From Felis catus (taxonomy: Eukaryota), in assembly GCF_018350175.1 (NCBI RefSeq), contig NC_058368.1:193752001-193816000 (forward strand): a stretch of DNA of 64,000 nucleotides. The letters run 5' to 3'. The notes under the pieces were generated by a model, which had not been told where the DNA came from, did not search any database, and saw only the letters and a program-made list of their open reading frames with translations. Position 1 is the first letter of the stretch. Each line of letters begins with the position of its first letter. The translations under genes and the position numbers were made by a program. Of the stretch, positions 13,335 to 25,921 are shown piece after piece.

Positions 13335-13830
13335 TCAGCAAAGGCGCTTTCAAGCCGCAGAGAATAGACTTACACATGGCTCAAACAATAGAGATGTTTC
13401 CTATTTCACCTAAGAAGTCCAGAGCCAGAGTAGTTCCATATCAATCCTGTTGAGTCATTAATGTCATTAGGACCAAATTCTCTCCTCTTGTCTCTGCCTC
13501 TGCTGTGTGATGGCTTTCCTTTTTAACTCAGTCACGACAGGACTGCCAGTTGGCTGCTGCAGCTCTAAGCTTCATAATCTCACAATGGGTTCCATTTACA
13601 GAAATGGTGTAGTTTCTCTTCAGTTCTCTTCTTTCTTTAAGAGAAGAGAGGGAACATTTCTCAGAGCTCCCAGTTCTTCTCAGGCTCCGTTGACTAGATT
13701 AGCCAGATAAACTTTGCTTCCTGTAGAGGAAGCTAAGAATTTAAGGATCTGGCATTTTCAACTATGTGTGTAGAGGGTTTCTGTCAGCAAGGAAGGGGTA
13801 GGAGGGCTTTTTGGGAAGACAGCTAACAGT
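13335..13830 (-). mobile_element. Old MaLR LTR (MLT1K/L-like)
   Basis: TGGCTCAAACAATAGAG..TTT, AAGAAGTCCAGAG, TGGCTGCTGCAGCTC, TTGACTAGA pattern. Confidence 0.5.
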
Positions 13831-14479
13831 TTTTTCTCTTCAGCATCTCTTGTCACTATTTATACACATGCATACACACATACATGCAGACAGATAGATA
13901 GATAAATAGATGATAGGCAGATGATTCATTTAGCTTCCCAACTCTTTATGTATAACTGTTTAGTTCCCTATTGGTGAAGTACCAATTAATAAGGGTTTTT
14001 GTTGCTTTTTTTTTTAAATCAGTTTCTGCCAATAGAGCACAAGGTAATCTGGTAGTACTCTTGTGATTTTAATCAGTGAAGCAGAGTACAAAATGGCAGT
14101 CTTTAGTCTGTCTTACCCTAGCACACTTGAGTGTCTGTGATCTGTGAATTGACTATTCCGGGGCAGACCTTGGGAGATAACACCATCAACTACTATGATG
14201 GCTTATTGCCTGGATTGTTCTCTTTGGAGAATTATGGGATGTTATATGTGCACATTTGGAAGAAAGGGTTCTGGGATAGCAGGAGCAACTGGGATTAGAC
14301 ATGTATCTGAGAGGAAAAGAGCTGATACACATAATGCTGAAACAACTGTGGATAAAAACAAAGTTCATCAACAGAAGGGACAAATGCCCAGTGTGCATTC
14401 CTCAGAAAAAGCAGAAATCATTTGGGATGTGAGAAGAAAGATTCTGGTAGAAAAATGAACCTCTGGAAACCTGTGGGAT

Positions 14480-14970
14480 GATGGCTTAGTTGTAAGTATA
14501 CGAAAACCCAACTAGCAGTTGATTATACCAAAAGGGAAATTATTGGCTCAGATAAAAACAGCTGAACATAAGGGTACAACTGACTTCAGGCTCTGCTGGA
14601 GTTCAAGGCTCAAACACTGTCATGAGGACCTGAGAAGCTGCCATCCTCCCTCTATTAACCAGTTTTGCAGACTCGTATAGCAGTAAGATGGCCACAGCAG
14701 CTCTGGGTTCACATTCTTTTATGTTCAAATAAGCTGAGGAGAAGGAGCTCCTTTTCTAGTACTTTCCTCAAAGATATTCCCCCTGTTTGGCCTGGTTTAA
14801 GTTGGTCTCAGGAGGAAGATACTTTTCAGCTTAGATCCAAGTGACCCTCAAGTTAGTGATAATGACCCACCCAAGCCATATAGACTAGAAGTGGGGTTGT
14901 GGGTGTCTTTCCAGAAGAAACATGAAGTAGGAAGAATGAACAATGGGCTCAAGAACAATAGATGTCTACT
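14480..14970 (-). mobile_element. Old MaLR LTR (MLT1K-like)
   Basis: TTGTAAGT..GAAAACCCAACT, AAAAGGGAAATTATTGGCTCA, AAGATGGCCACAGCAGCTC, ATAGATGTCTACT end. Confidence 0.55.
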
Positions 14971-15825
14971 CTAATGTTTCAAAGGGAAGAGTGACCGCTA
15001 AAGTCCTGGAAACTCAAGACCAGCCAGATTATACTTCTTTGAAGAGGATTTTCTTTCTTTTTCACAAAATAAAAAGTCTCATGTTTGGATACATATCTGG
15101 AAGTACTTGTATTGGGATACCCATAAGCCAAATAGTTTTATCCCCATGAGCATTATAGCATGGAAAATAAAAGCCTGTAGTACAGTTTCTTATTGCGGCC
15201 CACACCTTGAGAAAGTGAATCTAAGCTCTCTTAAACCCATCTCCCTGACAGACCAAGCGGTAAATAAAACATAAACCACTTTTGTACATGCTTCAAATTC
15301 TGGTGTAGATGAAAGGCAATTTACTCTGGGCTGAAAATGAGATTCTGGCAAAAAGCAATGCCTATTAACAAATGGAACAGTCCCCTGGTGACAAGATGGA
15401 GGCGTGCGACTGGGTACATTTGTCATTTTAACTCCAGGGGCTGACTTGAGGTATTTTAATCACGCTAAAGTAGAATTACAGGTAGAAACAGCATCATATT
15501 TGATACAGGAAAGAATGCCAACATTATTCCTTTGAACAGGTTACTTTCTACATGTGAATAATTTGATAAGAGAACTTGATATTCTCTATATACCTGATTC
15601 CTAGATATCTTAAAAATTATAAATGGCCATCTTTGTTCAAATTTATGTTTCTTCCATATGCCTGCAAATCACGTCTCTGAATGCACTGTTCTAACCAAGC
15701 TGTCCCTCTTTTCAAACACCTTCAAAGGCTCTCTGTGTCCACAGAAAAGATCAGACTCAGTAGCCTCTAAGGACTTCTGAAGAAGAGATCTCAAATATTT
15801 TTCTAGACTTAATTCCCATCACTTT

Positions 15826-16705
15826 TGTATCAGAAGAGGTTAGTTTATGTTTTGTGCTTTATTTTTCTGTTGCTGTATAACAAATTACCAGGAATGTAAC
15901 AGAAATGAAAGTGATGTATATTTATTATCTCACAGTTTCTGTGGGTCAGGAATCTGGGCATAGCTTAATTGGATCTTCTTCACAGAGTCTCAAAGGGTAT
16001 AGTCTAAGTGTAGGCTCGACTGCCATTCTTTCTGGAGCTTGGGGGAATCTTCCAAACTTGCATGGATACTGGAAGAATTCAGTTCCTTGCAATTGTAGGT
16101 GAAGGGGTTCCTGTCTTTCCTGTTGCTGTCAGCCAGAGGTCACTGTTAGTTTCTAAAGAGCCCTTTATCATGTGACCTTCTCATACCATGGAAGCTTTCT
16201 TCTTCAAAGCCAAAGGGAGAATCTGTTCAAGATGGAGTCTTACATCACGTAATGTAATGACAGGAGTGATTTTATCCCCCATCACTTTTGCCACATTCTA
16301 TTGGTTAGAAGTGGGTCACTACACAAGGGGAGGGGATTACACAAAGATGTGGATACCAGGGGCAGGAATCTTGGAGGCCATCTTAGAATTCTGCCTGTTG
16401 CACTGTGATAACAAACAATCCCTAAATTTTAGTTCCTTAAAGCAACAATGGCTTGTGTCTATTAAAGATTGGCTGAGGGCCTTGGCTCTGCATATTTGGC
16501 AGGGAACCAGTGTGAGGAAGCCGCCAACTTCACACTCCACTATTGCCAAGGTAGGAGAAATAAAATGTAGCAAATCTTGCTTTTACTTAAATCTCTGTGG
16601 TTGAAGAAAGTGACATGGCTACCTCTAAGGAACCTGGGAAGGATATTGATACCTGATGACCAAACAAAAAACTGGAAATATTTGGTGCAGAGCAGAAATG
16701 AGGAC
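15826..16705 (-). mobile_element. MLT1J-like LTR (host of the MLT1D-like LTR)
   Basis: TGTATCAG..GGTTAGTTTATG | CTGTGATAACAAACAATCCCTAAAT joins across the insert. Ends GGAAATATTTGGTG. Confidence 0.6.
15853..16402 (-). mobile_element. MLT1D-like LTR
   Basis: TTGCTGTATAACAAATTACCA, TTTATTATCTCACAGTTTCTGTGGGTCAGGAATCTGGGCA, GGGGATTACACAA, GCCATCTTAGAATTCTGCC. Confidence 0.8.
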
Positions 16706-17339
16706 TAAGTTCTTCCCTCAACAAACTGTCTTCCTGCTATTTTCTCCACCTGCCTGACCTTTCCTCCACATCTGTATTTCCAAGTTTCTCTTGTGCTGGA
16801 AAAAACACTTCTCAGTGAAGTATTTTTGTGATGTTTCTCATCAAAATTAATTATTCCATCTTGGATATATCTTAAAACTCCTCTGTTCCTCTGTACTTCC
16901 CCCATGTATCTTAGATGACATTCATAATTTCCTATTTTTATCTCAGTTAATTGTTTTAGATGCCTTAGCTCCCATTTTGGATTGTGAACACCCTGAGGAC
17001 AGGAACCATGTCTGAGTCACAATTATTTCTTCTAAAGTGCCCAATACAGGATTATATTCAATGTGGTATTAATGTTTGTTTGTTAAGTGAAATTGATCTT
17101 TCTCCCTAGAATGTCTATTTACAACAATAGCTCTTGGCCAAATTTTAAATTATTTAGTCAAGAGGAATTGCCTAATTTCCTTATTCCATCAAGAGCCCTT
17201 ATACTTCCCAGTTAAACTCTTTCCTGAATATAACCCGAATCCCTCTCAAAGTGTTTTTCCCCTCAATTTTCTTGTTTATCCATAATGAAGATCATAGATC
17301 ACATAACACAGTTGGAAGGACCTTAAAGATTGTCTAGGT

Positions 17340-17577
17340 CAGTGATTTGAAAGCTTTTGTTTATTTTAAGAAGCTGACTCCTTTATTCAAATGAAACCTT
17401 ACGCAGAGAACAAAACTATAAAACAGCAACAATAACAAAAAGCTGATGTTCTGGCTGAATTGAGAATGTCAAGTTCAGAGTTTGGGTTACTTAATGTCTC
17501 CTGATCAGTCTCCAACTCCCTGAGTAGACCTTGGGATACCTCTATGAAATGCTAGACACTTAGTTTGAAACCCTTTG
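17340..17577. mobile_element. hAT-Charlie MITE (MER117-like) inside a MIR3/MIRc
   Basis: CAGTGATTTGAAAG ... AGTTTGAAACCCTTTG TIR-like ends. Flanks read GGAAGGACCTTAAAGATTGTCTAG | ...AGATAGGAAAATTAAAG. Confidence 0.55.
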
Positions 17578-18639
17578 ATGCTGAGTCAACTCAACATCTA
17601 TAGATAGGAAAATTAAAGTTAGAATATCTTATCCAAAGCCACATAGATACAGAGTGAGAGAATCTATTTCTATAAACACTTATTGAGCACCTACTGTAAG
17701 TGAGGTCAGCTAATAATAGATACAGCAAGACTCTTGATATGGATATCAACAGAAGCCACATTTTCTAAGTCAGCCTCATGGTTTAGATGGTTACATGGTC
17801 AATACTTCCATTTCGCTTAAGTCTGTTCTGTGACTTGGTAAAGTCAAGGTCAAAGAATAAGAATAAGAATAATTTTAAAGTCTTGATTTCTACAGTGGAT
17901 CTGAGAGTTGGGTTCATGCTGAGTTCAAAGCCAGGTGAGATCCTAGCTCGCAGCCAGAACCTCCTGTGAAGGTATGTGGCAATGCCATTTATTCGCCCTG
18001 AGTTTCTGGAACTCTCAATCTTGTCAAACACAGGAGAAAATGTCAGCCTCCTAGACAAGCTCACTCTTGCAGAGAATTCATTTATATTTCATGCAGATTG
18101 GCATCCATGTGCATGAAAAAGATCAGAAGGAATAAGTTGATCTTACCCATCCAGCCGCTCTTGCATAGGGTACTCCTGTGGCTACTTAGCTATAATGAGA
18201 AGTTGACTTTCCTCCCACATGTGGGAGACTTCAGTCTATTGGCATCAATTCAACATCTATTGTTGCCCACAACAATATATCATCTCTGTAACATCATGGA
18301 ATTTGTATGTATTAGGAGGTTTGAAAACTTGCATAGACAAAACAAATAGAAAATATGTTAATATGTACTAAAGTTTTAAATTACATAATATGAGTTCCAA
18401 TAGAGTTTGGAAATGGTACTGATCAGTGTATATTAAAATAATTGATATAAGTCTTCCATGGGGAGGAAATGCCAATGAAGGTCTTGAAAGATAAGTCACA
18501 TTTGAATTGGATGGGTGTATGGAAGTCAAGGAAGATAGATATCACTTCAGACCATTCAAATGCCATGGATGAAGACATGAAGTGTGGAATAAACATATTT
18601 TCATAGTGTTAAAATGCATTGAGAACTGAAAATGTATTA

Positions 18640-18830
18640 TGCTTTGCATGTATCACTGGACTGTGACAATCTTCAGAATGACTTCTTGAGGAGGAACTGA
18701 TATTATCCTTGCTTTACATGCGAAGAACCAAAAATGGTTAAGTAACTTATTTCAGTTCCTACAGTTAGTGAATTGGAGGGCTAGAATAACCCAGGTCTGT
18801 ATGATGCCCAAAACATTATTAAACAAAATT
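18640..18830 (-). mobile_element. MIR SINE
   Basis: TATTATCCTTGCTTTACATG.GAAGAA, GGTTAAGTAACTT, AACCCAGGTCTGT. Confidence 0.6.
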
Positions 18831-18948
18831 TCTTGCTGTCTTTTGACATATGTAGGAAATAGAGAGAAGAATGTGATGATATGGGGGAAGGGGATGTGTT
18901 GGGGAAAGGGTGATAGAAGTTGGATAGGTAAGGGGTATCAGCACAGGT

Positions 18949-19160
18949 TAATGGTCCTCAACAGGGTAATGTTACCCCCAAGGAAATTTGGCAATGTCTG
19001 GAGACATTTTGGGTGGTCACAACTTGGGGTGAGGAGGCTGCTTCTAGCTTCCAGTGGGTAGAGGCCAGGGATCCTGCTAATCATTCTACAGTGCACAGGA
19101 CATATCCCCATAACAAAGAATTATCTGGTGCCAAATAGCAATAGTGCTGAGAAAACTTGG
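18949..19160. mobile_element. MER20 hAT-Charlie MITE
   Basis: TTTGGCAATGTCTGGAGACATTTT..GTCACAACTTGGGG, GTGGGTAGAGGCCAGGGAT, ACAAAGAATTATCTGG. Confidence 0.85.
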
Positions 19161-19329
19161 CATAGATATATTAAGGAGTATGGACTTGTTTTTTAGGCAA
19201 TCTGTCCTTGATGTAGGATTGAAAGGGTCACTGTGACTTATAGTTTTGACATCTTACATTGATGATCATTCATCACCTACTTCTCCAAAGCAGACTCATC
19301 ATCCCCCACAAAATCATCCATTTTCATTG

Positions 19330-19895
19330 TTTACTTAAATCTCTCTCTCATTTTTCCATTCATCTGCAGATCTATTTCCAGCGCTGCACAATTCTGCCAT
19401 CTTCTACCTGGAGTATGGCGATTATCTCTTATTAAGCTTGCCTTCTTCCACTGTGAAGATCTTCGAAGGCTTTCCACTGTTGGAACGAGGGGGCCTAGCT
19501 TGATCTCTTTCCTTCACATCTTTCCTTCCTGTCTTCTTCTTTTACTTCCTTGGAAGTGCCCCTCTTCTTTTCCCCTAGAAAACTTAGCCCTCATTTCTTT
19601 GCTGGAAACTTACCCCTCATCCCAACCCCTATTTTTCTTTCTTTCTTCTGGATAATGCCTCGTCATCCTTCACATGTCAGCTTAAACATCATCTCCTCAT
19701 AGAAGACTGTGTTAAGGCACACCACCTCCTCTTTCATAATGCTTCTTGCACATCTGATTATTTTATTAATATCTTCTTCCCTGTTGAACTATAAACTTCA
19801 TGTAAGTGGTGACTGTTTCTGTCTGGGTCATGTCATATTCCCAGCACTTAGGAGGCACTCAATAAATGTAAGTTGAATTAACAGATAAATGAGCA
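19330..19895 (+). mobile_element. L2 LINE 3' region
   Basis: Pyrimidine-rich L2 text ending TAGGAGGCACTCAATAAATGTAAGTTGAAT. Confidence 0.7.
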
Positions 19896-20892
19896 CAGTC
19901 CTGGGTACTGAGTAGGACAAGAAAGATAAGCTTAAGTTTTCACCCCGTGAATGGGTAGAAATGAAAGTAACCATAGATGTTTCTCATTCAGAGAAAAGAA
20001 ATTCAAGTGGACACAGGATTTGGATAATTGATGGCAAAAACCTTTGTAGAGACACAATAAAATCTATAATATCCTGAATAATCAAAGCTTTCTTTTTTCC
20101 TCCTTAGCATGGTCACCACGGCTTGTTAAAATAAGGACCGTTTGTTGAATAGGAACATTCTAGTCATATAGATTACAGACGATGTCATACAATTACTTAC
20201 ACCTGAGGCTAAAATCACTGTTTTTCTCCTCAACTTGAGAAGACACAGACAAGGTACAGAACATTCTTCTTCAGAGCAGGAAGCCACTAAAATACCATTT
20301 TTTTAATGGGAGAACACGTACTTTCCATATTTTCTCTATGAAAATGTCAAATCTGTCTCCTGTTTTTCCTTCTTTTACTGGGACTAATCCCTAGTATTTC
20401 TTCCAAAGGAGATTTCACTTCAAGACTAAATCTGGCACCAATTAATAAAGAGAAACTGGTAATACCCTTACCTGAAATTTACCTACATCTGACATACCCA
20501 ATTCCCTAAGTGGTATGTAGGGAATGTATTTATTATGTATTTGTTTATTTATCTATTGGGAGGCAAAGAGGTAACCCACTATAGTTTGATTTTCTTCTTT
20601 CCATAACTGTTTATAATGATTTTTAATTTTACTCTTACAGTGAAAATTCATTACTAGGAACTTGATTAATTGGACTTTAGCTCTGAATGACAACTTAATG
20701 TGGAAAATGCCTTGTTTAAAGACAACTAATGTTCTCTTCTATAAAAGATAAATCGCTCAATTCTCTATTTGCTTCTGTTTTTGAAGGGTGGGTGCACCAT
20801 TATGATTACAAATCTGGTATCATAGAGTTATTGTTCTCATATAATCAGACATGTAGCTAGTTCTAAAGAAATTTTTAACAGGTAATTTCTAC

Positions 20893-21058
20893 TTTCCCTT
20901 CCTTCCTCCCTTCCTTCCTCCCTTCCTTCCTCCCTTCCTCCCTTCCTCCCTTCCTTCCTCCCTTCCTTCCTTCCTTCCTTCCTTCCTTCCTTCCTTTTCT
21001 CCTTTCCTCCCTCCCTCCCTCCTTCCTCCCTCCATTCTTTCTTCCTTCTCTTACTTCC
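20893..21058. repeat. (CCTT/CCTC)n polypyrimidine microsatellite
   Basis: Directly visible, about 165 bp of almost pure C/T. Confidence 0.95.
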
Positions 21059-21059
21059 T

Positions 21060-21735
21060 ATAAATATACATTGAATTCCCACTCTGGACTAGACATCATT
21101 CTATCTAGACATTGGGGATTCAGGAAAGCATTATGAATCCCTAGATCTCCCAGAGTTTAAATTCTAACAAGAAAAAGAAAATAAAGACATAGTAAAATGA
21201 ATAATTAAATATAAAAGCAGTATAATTGTTATAAATGATACAGAAAAAAATTAAAAATATGATGAGTTTGAGCTCATCATGTAAAGATTTAAGAGAATGA
21301 TGTTCTAGATAGGAAGACCAGCAAAGTCAAAGACCATGAATTAGAACCCAGCTTGGCATATGTTTTGCAAAAGAAAGAAGCCCATTGTGGCTGGAACAGA
21401 GTGAATATTGCATAAAAAGGGGCATGATTGAGGTGGGCACAGAGGTGATAATCTTGCAGGGCTTCAAGGCCATTATCAGGATTTAAAAAGAAAAACACAT
21501 TCCAATATTGGGAAACCACTGGAGAGCATTTAAGAAGAAGCATGATATAAACATTTGTACATTGCAAATGTTTATCCTAGTTTATGTGTGGAGGATAAAC
21601 TTGAGGGGGTGGCAACGTGGCAACATTGGAGACAGGAGATCTTTCATGGGCTATTGCAATGTTCCAGGAGAGAGATGATGGTGACCTGGACCAGATGATG
21701 ACAGTGGCGACAGAGAGATTTGCATGAACTTGGCA
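21060..21735 (-). mobile_element. L2 LINE fragment
   Basis: GGGAAACCACTGGAGAGCATTTAAG, CTATTGCAATGTTCCAGGAGAGAGATGATGGTGACCTGGACCAG. Confidence 0.75.
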
Positions 21736-22237
21736 CACTAAAGGCCTGCTGTACTACACAGGTAGGGGGAGGGAGAACAGCATTCACACTGCAGTGTCTG
21801 TGAATGGCATCTTCTGGAATATAGTTCTATTGTGTATAAGAAGGCCCATCTGCTTTTGGACTCAAAAAGTAGTATTTCAAGGTTTGAGAGATACCCAAGT
21901 AATCATTTAGCCAATTCCCTAGAAGTCTGTATTCATCCCTAATAAATTTCAAGTTTAAAATTCTTTCCATTACTGCAGAGCACTGAGAACTTTTAGAATT
22001 CTAAAATGATCATACAAATGTGTAATGACCCTTCCAGCTTGTAGAACAGACAAATTCAAATTCAATTCAAATGCAGTTAATGTCCTTACCCAACTCAGAA
22101 TAAAAATATTTACTGGGGATTGGTGGAGGACAAGACTGTTAGGCAGGATACCAGAGACTACTCTCTAATTTGACATCAGTGCACTAATCCATACTCTACT
22201 TAAGGGTGCTTTACGTGGTTAAAAATCCACTCAAATT

Positions 22238-22441
22238 GAGGCACCAGGGTGGTTCAGTTGGTAAAGGGTCGAACTTTTGGTTTTGGCTCAGGTCATGATC
22301 TCCTAGTCGTGAGATCGAGCCCCGTGTCCGGCTTCACATATCAGTGCTGAGCCTATTTGGGATTCTCTTTCTTTCCCTCTCTCTCTCTCTGCCTATCCCC
22401 TGCTCATGCTGTCCTCTATCTCAAAATAAGTAAACTTAAAG
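22238..22441 (+). mobile_element. Older CAN-SINE
   Basis: tRNA-derived head, GGCTCAGGTCATGATCTC, CT run, A tail. Diverged TSD AAAAATCCACTCAAAT / AAAAATCCGCCCAAAT. Confidence 0.92.
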
Positions 22442-23030
22442 AAAAATCCGCCCAAATATACCATTCTTAGTCCTTCCTACTGATGAAAATTTGAAACATT
22501 ATAGTTCATTTAAATGAGAGATATATCTGGTCATACAGGCCTTTTATGCTCCTCATTACATCATGCAGGCATCCCTTTCAGTCTTATGCAGCCGTATCAA
22601 AATTCCTTGTTTTGCCCGTAAATTCTAGCCTAGGCTCAAGGCTGTGTATATGTCTGTCTATATACCTGAGGAATGAGAAATATGGAGGTAACAGACGTCC
22701 CACCCATATCTGGCCTCTTGGACCAGGTATAAACTCCTCTGAAAAAAAAAAGGGGGGAAATCAGTTTATCAAGGTATCACCTCATTTGTAACATTTGGAT
22801 GGCAATGTCTTGAGTGAATGTGGGAATTCTATCATTGGAAATAGGAATTCCTAGAGCTAGCTAAAAGAAGACTGGATGGCCATTGGAAGATTGGGCACAT
22901 TTCCTTTGAACTTTATGTTACGATAACTAAAAAGAAGCATATACATAGCCTTATCAGATATTTTCAAAATTTATTCTTCCTACTTGCCAATTTCCTAAAA
23001 AATACACTGGACATAAAAAACAAATGTAAT

Positions 23031-23247
23031 AGGGTGCCTGGGTGGCTTAGTCGGTTAAGTGTCCGACTTCGGCTCAGGTCATGATCTCGCGGTCCGTGAG
23101 TTCAAGCCTCGCGTCCGGCTCTGTGCTGACAGCTCAGAGCCTGGAGCCTGTTTCAGATTCTGTGTCTCCCTCTCTCTCTGCTCCTCCCCTGTTCATGCTC
23201 TGTCTCTCTCTGTCTCAAAAATGAATAAACGTTAAAAAAATTTTTTA
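23031..23247 (+). mobile_element. Felid CAN-SINE (SINEC_Fc)
   Basis: Full head, body and tail. Perfect TSD AAAAAACAAATGTAA at 23015-23029 and 23248-23262. Confidence 0.96.
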
Positions 23248-23774
23248 AAAAAACAAATGTAAGATTTTACATTTAGCTGCTTTATAAAATATCAAGTGGG
23301 AGTGACTCAAGCCAGTGCTTTTTGAACTCTTTCATGTTGTAACACATAAAATATTAACATATTTATACACACACTGGGGTAATTAAATGAAGTTAATTGG
23401 CCCAAGGCAACAGTTCCCCTCAAGGCTGAGGGATCAAGACCCAGGCACACCAACAGGAAGCTCTAACTTAAGAAACAAATGATGAATGTTAAAACTGCCT
23501 GCAGTTATGTTTTAGGAAGATGTAACTATTATCAGAGCCCACTAATTTGAACTAGTGATCATTTCATCTTAACCTATCTGACATTTGCTTTTATGCTAAC
23601 AAAAACATTAAAATCACTAGTGGTAATGTGTAGATGAATTGGAATGGAGAGGAGAGAGGCCAGAGGTGGTGACAACAGTTAGGAGATGGTTACAAGAATT
23701 TAGGTGAAAGAGAATAAAACGAAGGATTAGAATGAAGCCTCAGGAACTCATCTGATTCACCAACTCTTGTAGTA

Positions 23775-24162
23775 ACTTTCTTTTTCTTTTCTTTTTCTCT
23801 TTTCTTTTTGTGGTGAGAACAGTGAAGATCTACTCTCTTAGCAAATTTCAACTATAATGTCTTATTATATAGTCTTAATAAACTGTAATCACCATGCTGT
23901 ACATTAGATCTCCTGAATTTACTCATCTTGAAAAACTGAAACTTTCTAGACTTCGGCCACATCTCCACATTTACTTTCCCACCCAGCCCTGACAACTACA
24001 ATTCTACTATTTCTATGATTTTGACTATTTTATAAGTGAGTTCGCGCAAGATGTTTCTTCCTGTGTCTGACTTATTTCATTTACCGTGATGTTCTCCAAG
24101 TTCATGTACATTATTGCATACAACAGGATTTCCTTCTTTTCTAAGGCTGAATAATACTCCAT

Positions 24163-24202
<40 letters not shown>

Positions 24203-24300
24203 TTCTCTATACATTCATCCATTGGTATATATTTAGGTTGTTTCCATACCTTGGCTATTGTGAATAATACTACAATGGATGTGCAAGAATTGCACTGAGA
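23775..24300 (-). mobile_element. L1MA-type 3' end with internal (TG)n
   Basis: T-rich tail, GTGGTGAGAAC..GATCTACTCTCTTAGCAAATTTCAA, reverse-strand TMEYYSALEKKEIL / DECIEK. Confidence 0.85.
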
Positions 24301-24369
24301 TTCGTGACAATTGTTTGTTTGGAAAATGAAAAGGTGGAAGTGTAATTAATGACAGATTCTCCACTAAAT

Positions 24370-24474
24370 TAATAATAATAATAAATACAATAATATATAT
24401 ACTTATCTATATATAAATATATAAATAAATACAATAATATATATTATTGTATTTATTTATATATATATAGGTAA

Positions 24475-24512
<38 letters not shown>
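24370..24512. repeat. AT-rich palindrome plus (TA)n
   Basis: Perfect 48-bp spacerless palindrome at 24417-24464, followed by (TA)n. Confidence 0.92.
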
Positions 24513-24522
<10 letters not shown>

Positions 24523-24639
24523 GTCATTGACCCTTTAGCACTTCTTTTTGGCAAACTGCATCCTGCATCCTGAGTGCTAGAAGTGCCTCTGAGAGTGTTT
24601 GAAAGTATTATAAATTATATTTTAGAATACGTTAAAATT

Positions 24640-25600
24640 TTGGTAAGTGTGCATATAGGGGAATGAGCAGTCTTTTACACTGATGGAGGGAGTGAGAATT
24701 GGTGAAATAATCAGAAAAGCAATTTGGCAGAATTTTGCCCCCAGAATTTCATTTCTAGAAATTGATATTAACTTTTCTACAGCTGCCATACCAATGTGCC
24801 ATAGTCTGAGGGGCTTGAACAACAGGAATTTATTTTCTGACAGTTCTGGGGGCTAGAAATCTCAGGCCAACAAATCAGCAGGATTGGTTTCTTCTGAGGC
24901 CTCTCTCCCTCTATCTTGCACAGTAGTAGATGGCTGTCTTCTCTCTGTCTTCATGTGGTCTTTCCTCTGTGTGTGTTTGCATCTAGTTTTCTCTTCTTAT
25001 AAGGATACCATCCATATTAGATTAGGGCCCACCCTAATCACATCATTTTAACTGAATTACCTCTATAAAAACCCTGTCTCCAAATACAGTCACATTCTGA
25101 GGTACTGGAGTTTAAGACTTCACCATGTGATCTTGGATGGAGGGGACACAATTCAGCCCAAACCAAACTCTATGGTTGAGTGCTGAATGTCCAAGTAAGT
25201 TTCTTACAGCACTGTTTGTAATAGAAGAAGAAGAAGAAACAATCTAAAATTTCATCACTAGGTAATTGGTTGAATAAATCATGTTTCATTTATACTGTGG
25301 ACTAACAGGCAACCATTTAAGAGAATAAAATCAAAACACTACATGCTAATATGGATTTATATCTAAACATTGTTAAGTAGGAAAAAAGGCACATTACTAA
25401 ATCTATGTATGATACAATACTGTCTTTGCAAATAAAAGTTAGGTGTATATATGGCTTATATATATGTGAAAACCTATTAAAAGGATATACATAGCAGTGT
25501 TGACTGAGATTACCAATGGGTAGTGTTGTATAGGGGAGATGTAGGGGAGGAGGGTTTTCTTGTTTTGCTCTGTATACTTCTGTAGTTGTTGAATAGCGGG
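24640..25600 (+). mobile_element. L1ME-like 3' region split by an MLT1B-like LTR
   Basis: AAAGCAATTTGGCA...CCAGAATTTCATTTCTAGAAATT | ...ACAGCACTGTTTGTAATAG...GGTTGAATAAATCATG. Confidence 0.65.
24764..25165 (-). mobile_element. MaLR LTR (MLT1A/B-like)
   Basis: AACAGGAATTTATTTTCTGACAGTTCTGGGGGCTAGAA, TTAGGGCCCACCCTAAT, GTCACATTCTGAGGTACTGG, GGGGACACAATTCAGCCC. Confidence 0.85.
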
Positions 25601-25711
25601 ATAATAATAAACATTTATTTAGCATTTACTATGGGTTAAACACCCATCTAAACACTTCAGATATGTGAACTCATGATTCTCAAATAATCCCAGTGTATGT
25701 ATTATTATCTT

Positions 25712-25921
25712 ATTTTTTATATCTTTAAAAATTTGTTAATGTTTATTTATTTTTGAGAGAGAGAGCACAAGCGGGAGAGGGGCAGAGAGAAAGGGGGTCA
25801 CAGAATCCAAAGCAGGCTCCAGGCTCTGAGCTGTCAGCACAGGGCCCAATGTGAGACTTGAACCCACGGACCACGAGATCAAGACCTGAGCTGAAGTCAG
25901 ACACCCGACTTGACTGAGCCA
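25712..25921 (-). mobile_element. Felid CAN-SINE, slightly 5'-truncated, inserted in a MIR (25615-26075)
   Basis: Reverse SINE lacking the first ~12 nt of the head. TSD ATGT(A/G)TTATTATCTT at 25697-25711 and 25922-25936. Confidence 0.93.

Larger units (their letters stand above)
15630..17090 (+). mobile_element. L2 LINE 3' region, split by nested MaLR LTRs
   Basis: TTCAAACACCTTCAAAGGCTC on the left. GATTGTGAACACCCTGAGGACAGGAACCATGTC and an L2-like tail on the right. Confidence 0.6.

Noticed and set aside
17579..17852. ARE (TGCTGAGTCA) and NR5A/ERR site (TCAAGGTCA)
   Set aside because: Isolated 9-10-mers are expected by chance in 64 kb, and the first lies in repeat-derived sequence.
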